The position numbers were made by a program, and so were the translations under genes. Positions 9,437-20,027 of a stretch of DNA of 64,000 bases are shown piece by piece. The DNA comes from a virus, in IMG/VR virus record IMGVR_UViG_3300046028_006919, positions 1-64,000 of that record, one strand, 5' to 3'. Every line of letters starts with the position of its first letter. Positions within the stretch are counted from its first letter, which is position 1. Below the pieces are notes generated by a model, which searched no databases, was not told the origin of the DNA, and worked only from the letters and a program-made list of their open reading frames with translations.

Positions 9437-10130
9437 AACTTTCTGCAACAATCAGCGTTTCGTACTCAACTTGTGTCAAATGGCGAGGTGTTGTCAAAGG
9501 TTCGTACTTGCCTTGTGGTTCAATCAAAATGCAATCGCCTTGTCTTATAATATCTTTGATATTGCCTTTCGGTACATTGGTTGTAATTGTCCAAGCAACA
9601 CACTCAATAGCGTTTAGTTCCTTGTAACTTTCATCACGTTTATACCAACTGCTATCTCTGTTGGTGTTATAAACGCTTCGTGGTTCAATCCAAATAAGAT
9701 ATTCTCTATCGGTTGAAGTATCTTTGCATTTCACATAGAAACTATCTTCCATTGTTTGGTGGTTGCTTAAACCTTGACTAAACACTTCACCTTTCACTCT
9801 ATAAAGTTCGTAAGTATCATCATAGTTAAATGTATGTAACTCACCATTTTCATTTACCCAAGTGGTACTTTTGTTAAGTGTTTTTCTATCGATTAATTCG
9901 GGGTTCACTTCGGAAATAAGTCTATCTATTCCCAATGCACTTATTCCAATTCTGCGTTGTTCCAAGTTTGGAAGTTGTGCAATATCTGAAAAAGTTGCGG
10001 GTACAATATCATTCCAAAAGTCAGCCAAAGGACTTAATACTTCGGGACATTCACCACCATACTTTAATCTTGCAATCTTGCAACCCAAGTCGTAATCAAA
10101 AGATACATTGTTTAATACTAATTTTGCCAT
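9435..10130 (-). CDS. DUF6745-like protein with C-terminal RQGD segment (paralog of 29233-30006)
   Basis: NLEQRRIGI...YELYRV...VKCKDTSTDREYLIWI...AIECVAWT...RQGDCILI. Confidence 0.6.
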   Translation of the reverse strand: MAKLVLNNVSFDYDLGCKIARLKYGGECPEVLSPLADFWNDIVPATFSDIAQLPNLEQRRIGISALGIDRLISEVNPELIDRKTLNKSTTWVNENGELHTFNYDDTYELYRVKGEVFSQGLSNHQTMEDSFYVKCKDTSTDREYLIWIEPRSVYNTNRDSSWYKRDESYKELNAIECVAWTITTNVPKGNIKDIIRQGDCILIEPQGKYEPLTTPRHLTQVEYETLIVAES

Positions 10131-10227
10131 AATTATTTTTTATTTAATTGTTTAACTCTGCAAATATATAACAATTATTTCACCCTACCAAATTTATATT
10201 GAAATATTTTTGATAGGGTAAATAAAT

Positions 10228-10884
10228 TTAGTTACTTGCGTCTTTGTAAACGTAACTATCATAATACAAAGTAACTTTTAATTTGTTACCCTCAATCGTA
10301 ATTACATTTTCATCTTCGTTGGTATTCAACGACATATCAGTTTCACTATTTTCACCTAATAGTTCGGGTTCGTAATCATCGTAGAATTTTGTCAGTTTTT
10401 CATCAATGCTTTTTTCGAGTTCTTCGTGTCGGTCAGTTTGAATAAAATCGGTAGCATAGTTGAAGTTCATATCATCACCCCAACCTGTATTTATATTGTT
10501 TACATATAAACTTATGTATTCAATTTCTTCATCACTCAACTCAATCATTACATCAAAATCTTCACGTTCATTGTATTCTTCCGTTGAACTTTTTGAGTAA
10601 GAAAAATAAGGTTCTTCCTCATCTTCTTCTTCTTCAAGATAAACATTAACATTACCACGTTCACCCATATAGTGTCCGTCAGAATTTACATAAAATTCTA
10701 CATTGTTATAGATTTCGTTTTCAAAGTAATCTTCAATTTCTTTGCACTCAATAAGATTTCCCTCTTTGTCGAAAATGTTAAGGGTTGTTTCACCCATATC
10801 ATCACCACCACAATCGAACTCATAGTCGATGTTAGCTACTCCTTTTTCTTTCCATAATTGGATAATCTTTTCTTTTTCTGCCAT
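10228..10884 (-). CDS. DUF6878-like acidic protein
   Basis: LWKEKGVANIDYEFDCGGDDMG motif; adjacent to a DUF6915-like gene, a pairing commonly seen. Confidence 0.5.
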   Translation of the reverse strand: MAEKEKIIQLWKEKGVANIDYEFDCGGDDMGETTLNIFDKEGNLIECKEIEDYFENEIYNNVEFYVNSDGHYMGERGNVNVYLEEEEDEEEPYFSYSKSSTEEYNEREDFDVMIELSDEEIEYISLYVNNINTGWGDDMNFNYATDFIQTDRHEELEKSIDEKLTKFYDDYEPELLGENSETDMSLNTNEDENVITIEGNKLKVTLYYDSYVYKDASN

Positions 10885-10895
10885 TGTTATTTAAT

Positions 10896-11315
10896 TTATT
10901 TGGTTAATTGTTCTTCTTCTTCTTCTTGTAACTTTGCAATCAAATCGGTTGCAAATTGTGTTGCCATTGGATTTTCAACATCTTTCACTCCGTTATGTAT
11001 CCAAGCTGGAAGTGTTAAGTGTTTTAGATAATCTTCAAGCGTTGGTACAAACTTCATACGGAAATCTTCTGCAACGTGCAACATAGCAATATCAATCGTA
11101 TCAACTCTTTTTCCATCAGAATTGATAAGGTTGTAACCAAAAATTTTAGGTATTATATGGTAACAAAACCATACATTGTGTGTAACAAGTCTTGATGAAT
11201 TGTTATTCATACTTGCTTTCGGACTATCAATAAGTTCGTGCAAATTTATGTAATCTTCAACTTTGCCACCCCAACGCTTAACAGACGATTGAGAATGAAT
11301 TTGTGCATTTGCCAT
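10896..11315 (-). CDS. DUF6915-like protein
   Basis: HSQSSVKRWGGKVEDY..LHELIDSPK...INSDGKRV...HVAEDF.MKFVPTLEDY. Confidence 0.65.
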   Translation of the reverse strand: MANAQIHSQSSVKRWGGKVEDYINLHELIDSPKASMNNNSSRLVTHNVWFCYHIIPKIFGYNLINSDGKRVDTIDIAMLHVAEDFRMKFVPTLEDYLKHLTLPAWIHNGVKDVENPMATQFATDLIAKLQEEEEEQLTK

Positions 11316-11378
11316 AATATAAATTGTTTAATTGATTAACTCTGCAAAGATATAACTTTTAATTTACACCACCAAATT

Positions 11379-11621
11379 TTATTTAGAATTTTTTAAAACT
11401 TCTTTGATAGCAACCTTTAACCTTTTTAGGTCTTTTCTAGTCATCAAAGGTATCATCATTCTATTATACCCTAAATCACGCCTTTCAGTTCTACTATCAT
11501 CGTCAGGATATAACCTAGTATCAGTTATATCAATATAACCAACATCACCTGTCAATCCAATAGAAACATCAAACCCTTGACCAACTGATAAACTTCGGTC
11601 TTCATAATTTTGATTTGCCAT
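11379..11621 (-). CDS. Hypothetical protein
   Basis: 80-aa ORF. Confidence 0.6.
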   Translation of the reverse strand: MANQNYEDRSLSVGQGFDVSIGLTGDVGYIDITDTRLYPDDDSRTERRDLGYNRMMIPLMTRKDLKRLKVAIKEVLKNSK

Positions 11622-11699
11622 AATTCATTTAATTTAATAGGTTAATAAAAAAACAACCCACTAAAAATATAATGGGTTGTTTAATTTATTGAGTATGGG

Positions 11700-11966
11700 T
11701 TAATCCCAAACTCTTGATACCGATTGTGAGAATGGGTTGTACTCGACTTGTTGTCCCATTACTTTTTTACCACTCTTAACTTGTAACCCTTCGTGTTCAT
11801 TGGAATGTTGCCCATTGGGTTTTTCGTGTCTTAATACACTATTCTTTTTTACATTGATAGGTGCGAAATCTTTAACGATACTATCGTTTTCCATTTCAAA
11901 TTTTCCAACCAACGTATGTTGGTGAATACCCTCTCCAAGGAGAATAGTTTTTCTTGTGTGTAACAT
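11700..11966 (-). CDS. His-containing partner of DUF6745-like protein (paralog of 27941-28174)
   Basis: LLGEGIHQH...LRHE...EH...QQVEYNPFSQSVSRVWD. Confidence 0.6.
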   Translation of the reverse strand: MLHTRKTILLGEGIHQHTLVGKFEMENDSIVKDFAPINVKKNSVLRHEKPNGQHSNEHEGLQVKSGKKVMGQQVEYNPFSQSVSRVWD

Positions 11967-12044
11967 AATATTATAATTTAATTGATTATTATTTGACAAA
12001 GATACGATTAAATTTTAATCTACCAAACTTTTTTTAAAGTTTTT

Positions 12045-12323
12045 TTAACGTACCTTTATCACTTTATTTATTTGGTCGTCAGTAAATTTATTACTGGCGT
12101 GACAAACTAAATTTTTTCTCTGACCATCTCTAGGATGTTGCCTGTGTCTAAAGCTATGAATAACTTTATCGTCTTGTTTGTATGACCCCATATATTGCCA
12201 AGCTTCATTATCGTTAACCGCTTCTCTTGGGTTTTCAATACCCTCATTGATTGGGTGACTTTCAAGCCATTGCCACATATATTCCCACTCTGGGGTATCG
12301 CGTTCTATTAATACTAAATCCAT
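12045..12323 (-). CDS. Hypothetical protein (class II promoter motif upstream)
   Basis: 92-aa ORF; ATATTTAT at 12328-12335. Confidence 0.65.
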   Translation of the reverse strand: MDLVLIERDTPEWEYMWQWLESHPINEGIENPREAVNDNEAWQYMGSYKQDDKVIHSFRHRQHPRDGQRKNLVCHASNKFTDDQINKVIKVR

Positions 12324-12346
12324 ACTTATAAATATACTTAATAAAT

Positions 12347-12556
12347 TTATTCAGTAAATAATATTTCGTGTAAAAAAACTTGTGCTTCCGAACCCTCACC
12401 ATATTGAATTAATATCGGAGTATCACGTTCAAAATCATCATCAATAGGTTCAATATAAGTAATGGAATAATCGTTGTCTTTGATAGGGTCAGGGTCATTC
12501 CAAACTAATTTTTTATTTTCAGCAATAGCTTTTTTTAATTCAGCAAAATTTTTCAT
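12347..12556 (-). CDS. Hypothetical protein
   Basis: 69-aa ORF. Confidence 0.6.
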   Translation of the reverse strand: MKNFAELKKAIAENKKLVWNDPDPIKDNDYSITYIEPIDDDFERDTPILIQYGEGSEAQVFLHEILFTE

Positions 12557-12629
12557 AACTAAATAGTTTTAATCGGTTATATACGCGTACTAGACACAAA
12601 TGTGTACTTGGGTGATTTAATTAAAAGGG

Positions 12630-13217
12630 TTATTGATTAACCACTTGTCTATCTTCATCTTGCAAACATTCAGCTTCCCATTGTTGAGCATAGTGTAACA
12701 CTTCTTCAAGTGTATCAATATCCATATCGTGATACGATAAAAAATAGCCATCAATTTCATTCTCACCACCATCTTCGTAAACTTCAACTTCTGCATTATC
12801 ATAGTTAAATATATTTGCCAAATGAATATGATTACCGTTAGTTGGTATTGATACATCACTATCAGCACTAATATCAGCAGTAGAAAAACTACCAAATTCT
12901 TTAACGATTTTTTGTATATCGTCAATTAATTTATTTTTGATAAACATTGGGTTATCATTGTTTGGCAACACAGCATCAGCATCATCTTCGGATAAATCAA
13001 CTGTAAACTTTTCTTGAGTTAATTCGTTGGTAACATCATAAACCATTGCATCAGCTTCCGATAACCATTTAAGAATTTTCTTGGTTGCTTCCAACGGATT
13101 TTTAGCATCAATATCAGTAAAGGTTAAACTTACTGAATACGTTTGCGTATTGTCCACGTGTTCTGTATTGTCGGAGTTGTGTTTACCACCGTCCATTCCG
13201 TCCATATAATTTGACAT
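12630..13217 (-). CDS. Hypothetical acidic protein
   Basis: 195-aa ORF with own promoter. Confidence 0.7.
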   Translation of the reverse strand: MSNYMDGMDGGKHNSDNTEHVDNTQTYSVSLTFTDIDAKNPLEATKKILKWLSEADAMVYDVTNELTQEKFTVDLSEDDADAVLPNNDNPMFIKNKLIDDIQKIVKEFGSFSTADISADSDVSIPTNGNHIHLANIFNYDNAEVEVYEDGGENEIDGYFLSYHDMDIDTLEEVLHYAQQWEAECLQDEDRQVVNQ

Positions 13218-13313
13218 AATATATTTTGTTTAATTGATTAACTCTGCAAAGATATAACAAATAATTAACCCTACCAAATTTATTTTAAATTATTTTTGAT
13301 AGGGTTGTTTAAT

Positions 13314-13883
13314 TTACCAACTTGAACTATAACAAATAACTTGCGTTTTGAAATCTGTTTCTTCCAACACTTTCTCAATCAATTCAATAGTTTCTTCAAC
13401 ATCGTTGAAATACCATTCGTTAAATTCAGTTCCACCAAAGAAGAAACCACTTGTAGTTGGCAAATATTCTTCAATACCCTCACCATCTTTAAGTATTCCA
13501 TCATTCAAATATATATCTTTGACAGATATAGCTTTCTTGCAACGCTTTAATAAGTCCTTTAAATGTTTTTTTCTTACAATAGATAACTGACATTCATCGA
13601 CACCATCTTGGCACTCTTGAACAAAGAAATTGTGTATGGCGTTGGCTTTTCTCCAATAGCCAATATCCTCAAATATTGATAACCAACTAAAATGTTCTCC
13701 ACGTTCTTTGACAACTTCATCAAATTGTGAATAAGCTTCTTTGGTTCTACCTTTGATACTTTCACGTACTGACTTAAAAGCTTCTTTGGGTACATCGCTA
13801 ATAGTATTATCCACTTTAGAATAATCTTTAGCCGTAAGTCCTTTGACTTTTTTTGTTCGGTATAACATCATATCTAATCCCAT
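13314..13883 (-). CDS. Conserved phage protein (MGLDM...YWRKANAIH family)
   Basis: MGLDMML, GYWRKANAIHNFF and LPTTSGFFFGGTE motifs. Confidence 0.7.
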   Translation of the reverse strand: MGLDMMLYRTKKVKGLTAKDYSKVDNTISDVPKEAFKSVRESIKGRTKEAYSQFDEVVKERGEHFSWLSIFEDIGYWRKANAIHNFFVQECQDGVDECQLSIVRKKHLKDLLKRCKKAISVKDIYLNDGILKDGEGIEEYLPTTSGFFFGGTEFNEWYFNDVEETIELIEKVLEETDFKTQVICYSSSW

Positions 13884-13888
13884 AATTC

Positions 13889-14176
13889 CTAATTTTTAAA
13901 AGTTACTTTAGTTTTAATCCAATCCATAATTTCACCTGCCCAATAAGAAGTAGTCAAGTCAAATAGAAACCAGTCCACATTGCTTTCAGCATCACCACTC
14001 GATAAATTTACTTCAAGTCTGTTCCACTCTTTAGCACCACTTTGGTCGCTACCTTTGTTCCAACCCTTTGAAGCATCCCACGCTTTAGCAATAACTTTTA
14101 CTTGCGTTTTTGTTGTTTCAATGGTTACAACACCACCTCTACAAACTTCACCTAATTTCCACGTTTTTGTTGCCAT
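13889..14176 (-). CDS. Hypothetical protein
   Basis: 95-aa ORF with promoter. Confidence 0.65.
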   Translation of the reverse strand: MATKTWKLGEVCRGGVVTIETTKTQVKVIAKAWDASKGWNKGSDQSGAKEWNRLEVNLSSGDAESNVDWFLFDLTTSYWAGEIMDWIKTKVTFKN

Positions 14177-14254
14177 AATAAATTTGTTTATTGATTAATA
14201 CAATGCAAATATATAACATTTATTTTACTCTACCAAATTTATTTTGTTTAAATA

Positions 14255-14563
14255 TTATAGGTTTTTAAGACTATTTATTAACGGATTTTGAATACGTGGG
14301 TTTTTACTTGTGAAAAAATCCAAATGTTCTAAGAAAGTAACATCATGGTTCAAGAACAAATCGACTGCTACTAATTCTTCTTCTTCGCTACAAAATTCGT
14401 CATTGTGTAAACATAAAGGTTCATCTTGTGCGTTCTCAAATAATGTTATAGTTTGTCTATTTGTGTGTTCACAAGTAGTAACTCTTAAAAAAGGGTAAAC
14501 ACCTTTTTCTACTTCTATAAAAATAGATTTTTCATCATCTACTGTAAAAATTGTTTTAGTCAT
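14255..14563 (-). CDS. Hypothetical protein
   Basis: 102-aa ORF with promoter. Confidence 0.65.
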   Translation of the reverse strand: MTKTIFTVDDEKSIFIEVEKGVYPFLRVTTCEHTNRQTITLFENAQDEPLCLHNDEFCSEEEELVAVDLFLNHDVTFLEHLDFFTSKNPRIQNPLINSLKNL

Positions 14564-14606
14564 AATAAATTTGTTTAATGGTTAATACATTGCAAAGATA
14601 TAACAT

Positions 14607-15011
14607 TTATTTTACAACTGCAAAACAATATCCAACTTTTTTTATTGTTAAAATTCTTTCTTTACCAATAATTTGTCTTAACTTGCATACACATACATCA
14701 ATAGTTCGTGTTACAACACATACATCATCACCCCATACATCACGCATAAGAATTTCTCTAGGTACATTTGTACCTTGTCTTTCTATAAGATAAACCAATA
14801 AATTAAACGACAACTTTTCAAGTCTAGTTTTTTTACCCTTGACTGAAACAGTCATATCGTTTCTATCTAATTTAATGACACCACACTCAATAACTTTAAC
14901 TTCGTCATCTTTGGTAACACTCAATACCAATTTAAAGATTTCAGCTTGGGTTAAACTTTCTTGTTGTGTACGCTTAACGGCGTTAATAATATTCTCGGCA
15001 ATTCTGCTCAT
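14607..15011 (-). CDS. OmpR/PhoB-type winged-helix DNA-binding protein lacking a receiver domain
   Basis: LSFNLLVYL...VPREILMRDVWG...RTIDVCVCKLRQII...ILTIKKVGY matches Trans_reg_C. Confidence 0.8.
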   Translation of the reverse strand: MSRIAENIINAVKRTQQESLTQAEIFKLVLSVTKDDEVKVIECGVIKLDRNDMTVSVKGKKTRLEKLSFNLLVYLIERQGTNVPREILMRDVWGDDVCVVTRTIDVCVCKLRQIIGKERILTIKKVGYCFAVVK

Positions 15012-15059
15012 AGATTTTTTTTTTACAAATATAATAATAATTTTTTAACTTTCAAACTT

Positions 15060-15458
15060 TTAATCACAATAAATTTTCAACACACCAATTACACTCGCAT
15101 CACGATATTCAATATCGACTGGTTTTCTATACTCTTCCCAAATACCGTCTTCACCAAAATTGAAGTCATACTCACAAACCATTTCAGTAAATTTCTTATT
15201 TAAACCAAAACCCATATAAGAAATAACAAAATAACCATCTTGACTATCGTCAATAAATTTAACGTGATACATATTGTCAGGGTCTTGCGCCAGTAAATTT
15301 AATATCAACTCTTCATCTGTACCCTCATCACCAGCAACTTGCTCAAGGATATCCAACGGCAAACGTTGTTCAAGAATACCCAAATCACCCTCTTTGTACA
15401 TTTGGTACAATTCAGCGTAATTCTTTACGCTGAACGTATGCAATACTTTTGCTACCAT
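15060..15458 (-). CDS. Hypothetical protein
   Basis: 132-aa ORF. Confidence 0.65.
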   Translation of the reverse strand: MVAKVLHTFSVKNYAELYQMYKEGDLGILEQRLPLDILEQVAGDEGTDEELILNLLAQDPDNMYHVKFIDDSQDGYFVISYMGFGLNKKFTEMVCEYDFNFGEDGIWEEYRKPVDIEYRDASVIGVLKIYCD

Positions 15459-15465
15459 AATAAAT

Positions 15466-15771
15466 TTATTCAGTTAAAACAACTCTTTCTTTTAGCTTAT
15501 CGCTTTGCTCTTTCATCATATCCATTTGTTTTTGGAGTTTAATTAAATCAGCTTCACGTTTATCATGCAATCTGCGAATAAGCGAAAGCATTATATCATT
15601 TTGTTCCGACATATCAAAATCTCTGCGTAACAAATAAAGTGTTTTCTCAATCGCTTCAGCTTTCATCATTGGCTCATGGCGAGTAAAGTCGTCAAACTTT
15701 GCTTTCGCTTTGCGTTTTAACGCTTGGAAAAGCAAACCCGCTTTTCTCATTTTTGTAACTTCTGTTCTCAT
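15466..15771 (-). CDS. Hypothetical coiled-coil protein
   Basis: 101-aa helical ORF with promoter. Confidence 0.6.
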   Translation of the reverse strand: MRTEVTKMRKAGLLFQALKRKAKAKFDDFTRHEPMMKAEAIEKTLYLLRRDFDMSEQNDIMLSLIRRLHDKREADLIKLQKQMDMMKEQSDKLKERVVLTE

Positions 15772-16087
15772 AATTAAAATAGTTTTATTGATTAACTCTG
15801 CAAATGTATAACATTTATTTTACACTACAAAATTATTTTACAATTATTTTATATTTAATTTTACGCGTGTATTTTTTCTTGTTCTTATAAACGTTAGGAC
15901 GCGTAGCCATTCTACGCTCCTCTAACGTTATTACAATCATTTTTAATGCTCCCATAGGTCATTTAATTTATTCAGTTTCTTGTTCGTGGCACTTCTCACA
16001 TACACCCTCAAACCATTGGTCATGCCTACCTTGTTCTTGCCCACACTCGGAGCAACCCCAAATATCGTCTTCTCTAGTCATATAACT

Positions 16088-16270
16088 TTATTTTTCGTTT
16101 AACCCAACAAATATGGTGATACTATCTTCCCCATCATCCCACACTTCAAGTTTGTCAAAATACATATCAGTATCTTCATCTTCTGGGTTACCTGTGTTAC
16201 CCAACAATACAATATCTGCGTTGGGTTTATTTAACGCTTTTAATTGGTCAATAAGTTCTTGAATTTTCAT
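16088..16270 (-). CDS. Hypothetical protein
   Basis: 60-aa ORF with promoter. Confidence 0.55.
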   Translation of the reverse strand: MKIQELIDQLKALNKPNADIVLLGNTGNPEDEDTDMYFDKLEVWDDGEDSITIFVGLNEK

Positions 16271-16326
16271 AGTATTGTTTTTTTAATGATGGTGCAAATG
16301 TATAACAATATATTTACACCACCAAA

Positions 16327-17352
16327 TTATTTAACTCTTTTTATTGCATAAAATACCATTGGTGATTTTGTCTTATATGGTATTTTTTCAACTAGTGTAA
16401 ATTTGTCAGTCATTAAGTCTTTTAATAATTGGTTATTAGCAAAATCACTATCAGTCATTTTGGTATTGTTCATTTTTCGATATGTATTGAATATCAAAGC
16501 GTAATCACCTTTGACTACTTTTCTTACTCTTTGAGTAAAAGTCAAAAACAAGTAACCACCAACTTGTACCAAATTATTGTCAATAGCATAAGCAACCGAC
16601 TTCGCTTGTGTTGGTAAAACACCGCAAAAATCCATATTGATATGGGCAAATGAATTGCTAGGGTACTGCGATATAACATCGCACACATCACCAAAAGCCA
16701 TACTACCAACAAGTCCTAACAAGTCTTTTTTAATATTAGCACCGCTAAAAACATTCAAGTTGTTTGCTATACCCAAGTAAGTATTATTTTTGGCATATTT
16801 GTTTATAAAAACTTCACCCAACCAATCAAAATGCGGTAAGCAACCTATAAGACCAAATACACCACTTTCCAACACCAACTCACCAACTCGATTTCTTACA
16901 TCATTTTTACCCCCAAAATCTTTATCAGCATAAGCGTTTTTAGAAAGCGATTTTAGGTAAGCACTTCTATACACCTCAACTTCTTTGTATAAGCGAGAAG
17001 TTCTATATTCGTCAGCAAATACACCTTTACGCAACCCAGTTATTCGTCGCCAAGAAACTTGGGGAATTAACTCGCTTATTTGCATTGGTCTTAACGTAGG
17101 GTTTTCAAGTATGATAGCCCTAACTTTATCATCAGAAAACTCTGTATCGTTGATAGTTAAAACTTTATCTAGTTCTCCCTTGATAACCTCAAATACAAGA
17201 CCTTGACGTACTAATCGTTTACGAATAGCACCAAATTGTTTTCTTGAAATAGTTGGGTGTAAATCATTTAATTCATTTACACTAAGTTCTTTGTCTTTAA
17301 GAATTAGTGAAGTAACATAAGAAGTCGGGTAATTTAACGTAGATAATTCCAT
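16327..17352 (-). CDS. Tandem HTH plus methyltransferase-like C-terminal domain
   Basis: Two N-terminal HTH-like repeats; GDVCDVI...FAHINMDFCG...GGYLFLTF resembles Rossmann MTase strands. Confidence 0.4.
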   Translation of the reverse strand: MELSTLNYPTSYVTSLILKDKELSVNELNDLHPTISRKQFGAIRKRLVRQGLVFEVIKGELDKVLTINDTEFSDDKVRAIILENPTLRPMQISELIPQVSWRRITGLRKGVFADEYRTSRLYKEVEVYRSAYLKSLSKNAYADKDFGGKNDVRNRVGELVLESGVFGLIGCLPHFDWLGEVFINKYAKNNTYLGIANNLNVFSGANIKKDLLGLVGSMAFGDVCDVISQYPSNSFAHINMDFCGVLPTQAKSVAYAIDNNLVQVGGYLFLTFTQRVRKVVKGDYALIFNTYRKMNNTKMTDSDFANNQLLKDLMTDKFTLVEKIPYKTKSPMVFYAIKRVK

Positions 17353-17502
17353 AATATCATAAGTTTTTAATTGTTTAACTCTGCAAAGATATAACGTTTT
17401 TTTAAACTACCAAACTTTTAATGAACTTTTTTTAATCTAAATGTAAAAAAAAATCCGTACCCTTTATAGGTACGGACTTTAAACCATTATAAGACGTTTA
17501 AT

Positions 17503-18075
17503 TTATTCGTCTTCATCAACTAAATTCATACTTTCCCAATCTTCGTCTTCACTCTCATCTGCATGAATAAAGATAACAGAAAAATGAACATACTCACCAC
17601 TACCGTCTTTCGCACCATAAACATCATAAGAACCGTCACCGAAACCACTTGACGATACGACACCGTTTGACATTACACCCCAATTTTCTTCACCCAATGT
17701 TTGTTTTGAACAAGCACGATACCAAGCATCGCCCTCTTGAACATCATAGTTAGCACCGAAATCTTCTTTCTCCAAATCTTTGGCAAGTTCGTCATTACGA
17801 TAAAAATCTTTATCGAAGAAACCAAATTGCCCACTATCAACACCACCAACAAAATTCATAATATCAACGTTTGCCTCTGGCTCATTAATATCTTTGTGGT
17901 TAATCGATAACAACGCAATACGTTTACCCCAATCGCCCTCATCGGTTACAATAACCTTAGCAACCCAAGTACCATTTTTTACATTCTCAACAATACCTTG
18001 ACACCAAGTCGGTATTGAATAACAAGGGTCACTACATACAATAGCACCACTCTTAACTTCAAATTCTTTTTGCAT
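17503..18075 (-). CDS. DUF4241-like protein
   Basis: SGAIVCSDPCY...GVDSGQFGFFD...SSSGFGDGSYDVY. Confidence 0.65.
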   Translation of the reverse strand: MQKEFEVKSGAIVCSDPCYSIPTWCQGIVENVKNGTWVAKVIVTDEGDWGKRIALLSINHKDINEPEANVDIMNFVGGVDSGQFGFFDKDFYRNDELAKDLEKEDFGANYDVQEGDAWYRACSKQTLGEENWGVMSNGVVSSSGFGDGSYDVYGAKDGSGEYVHFSVIFIHADESEDEDWESMNLVDEDE

Positions 18076-18204
18076 AATAAATTTAATTGATTAATAACAC
18101 CGCAAAGATATAACAATTATTTAATTGACAAAACTTTTTTACAATTATTTTTTAATTATATCTTTGCACCACTAGTTAACTATTATTCTATATACTGAAT
18201 AAAT

Positions 18205-18561
18205 TTAACCACGTGACGGGAATAACTTCTCCATTGCTTTACGTTGGTTAATCTTTTCAACAATATCTTTCTTGGTTAACCTTTCCACATATTGATACTC
18301 CCATGCATCCCACAACGGTATGTGAATTAATTCAACTGGCGACAATGAAGCTACCATATATTCTGCGTAACTATCAGCAACAGGGAATTGAATTATAACC
18401 CCAAGGTTTTCATCGGTTACACCCGTATTTGCCGCACGATTAATACACCATTGTTTTAAGTCTTCAATAAATTTTTTGTTGGCCGACTCATACGCGGGAA
18501 TGTCTTCCCAATTAAAATCAGGAACTTTAATCTCAGCAGGTAATAAAAATACTTTTGCCAT
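18205..18561 (-). CDS. Hypothetical protein
   Basis: 118-aa ORF with promoter. Confidence 0.65.
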   Translation of the reverse strand: MAKVFLLPAEIKVPDFNWEDIPAYESANKKFIEDLKQWCINRAANTGVTDENLGVIIQFPVADSYAEYMVASLSPVELIHIPLWDAWEYQYVERLTKKDIVEKINQRKAMEKLFPSRG

Positions 18562-18786
18562 AATAAAATGTTTTAATGATTAATAACTCCGCAAAGATAT
18601 AACAATTATTTTATCCCACCAAATATTTTTTGAATTATTTTAATCCCATAAAACCACTGGACCCCAATCGTACACAAAAGTGTACATAACATGTATATAA
18701 AAGAAAATGACCTCCCAATAAAGGGAAGTCACTTTCAGCGTTAAATCAATTAAACTATTATGGATTACTAGTTTCTCTTCTCATGG

Positions 18787-19335
18787 CTACGCCTCAATTA
18801 AATTAAATTCAATTTCCTTGTAACCTTTTGGTACTGTATCATCAGCGCTAATCAAATGGCGCGCCCATGAACCAACCAATTTATTAGGGTCATTACCCCT
18901 AAAATCACCACCACCTGAACCGTTTCCGTCACTGGTTAACAATGGCAACGGGTGAATACGATAATCTGAATCACCAACCCATTCAGCAGTTATTCTAGGT
19001 ACTTTGGTAGTATCAACAAATAACTTTTTGGTATGGTTGATAATAAATTGACAATCTTTTTCATAAGCTATCAATTCTGAACCAACATTATTTTTGTCGT
19101 TACAACGCCCATATGTATTGGTTTTACGACCAGAACATGGCTTTGCGTAATCACCACCCCAAACAACAATTTGTGGGTTTCTATAAATAAGGCTTTCAAA
19201 AGCTCTTACAAAATTGTTACCAATCCATGAATGCTCCATAAGCTTAAGCCCATTGTCAAAGTCATGTGAATACATCCATTTAATAACTGTTTTTTTGTTT
19301 TTAGCCAATATAACTGGCTTGTAATACTGTCCCAT
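18787..19335 (-). CDS. Conserved phage protein (MGQYY...GLKLMEHSW family)
   Basis: GLKLMEHSWIGN, VWGGDYA and IHPLPLLT.DGNG.GGGD motifs. Confidence 0.7.
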   Translation of the reverse strand: MGQYYKPVILAKNKKTVIKWMYSHDFDNGLKLMEHSWIGNNFVRAFESLIYRNPQIVVWGGDYAKPCSGRKTNTYGRCNDKNNVGSELIAYEKDCQFIINHTKKLFVDTTKVPRITAEWVGDSDYRIHPLPLLTSDGNGSGGGDFRGNDPNKLVGSWARHLISADDTVPKGYKEIEFNLIEA

Positions 19336-19383
19336 AATAAAATGATTTATTGATTAATACTTGGCAAAGATAAAAAGAATAAT

Positions 19384-19653
19384 TTACATTACCAAATAAA
19401 CTTGATTAATTTTTTCATTTTTATCATAATGAACCTCTAAGGTCCTGTCTTGATAGTTGATAGCAATTATCTCATCATCAACTTTGCCATGCTCATCATC
19501 CATTTTATAATCAGAACTCAATCTTTGAATCGTTCCAACTCCATGCGGGATACGTTCAAAAACCTTCAGCTGTTTTATATCATGCTTCTTCTTGAAGCTC
19601 TTCATAACTTTGATAACCAAATCATCCGTTGGTATTGGTAAATGTCCCGCCAT
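19384..19653 (-). CDS. Hypothetical protein
   Basis: 89-aa ORF in operon. Confidence 0.6.
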   Translation of the reverse strand: MAGHLPIPTDDLVIKVMKSFKKKHDIKQLKVFERIPHGVGTIQRLSSDYKMDDEHGKVDDEIIAINYQDRTLEVHYDKNEKINQVYLVM

Positions 19654-19655
19654 AA

Positions 19656-20027
19656 TTAATACGCAATTAATTTATTACCTATTGTTTGTAATTTGTCAAA
19701 CTTCCAATTGTCAGCAACTTTACCGTTACACATCCAATGCGGATATACCCTTGGATTATATGATACCTCAATACCCTTGTCAGTCATATATCGCATTGAT
19801 ATAGATTCACACCATACCCACGCACATACAACCTTCTCACCACCTTTATGAATACTAGCAGCTGTACCTTTCCTGTTATGTAACTGACAATTATATAACA
19901 CCATGTTATGCTCAGCTGGATTGATAAATTGATAGTCACCGTTTGGATATTCTATTTTCCAATGTTGGTAATGCTCACCAGCACCCAAATGAAATCTAAC
20001 TTTAATTCTGTTGTCTTTGGCTCTCAT
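19656..20027 (-). CDS. Hypothetical protein
   Basis: 123-aa ORF, KVRFHLGAG...VSYNPR. Confidence 0.65.
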   Translation of the reverse strand: MRAKDNRIKVRFHLGAGEHYQHWKIEYPNGDYQFINPAEHNMVLYNCQLHNRKGTAASIHKGGEKVVCAWVWCESISMRYMTDKGIEVSYNPRVYPHWMCNGKVADNWKFDKLQTIGNKLIAY

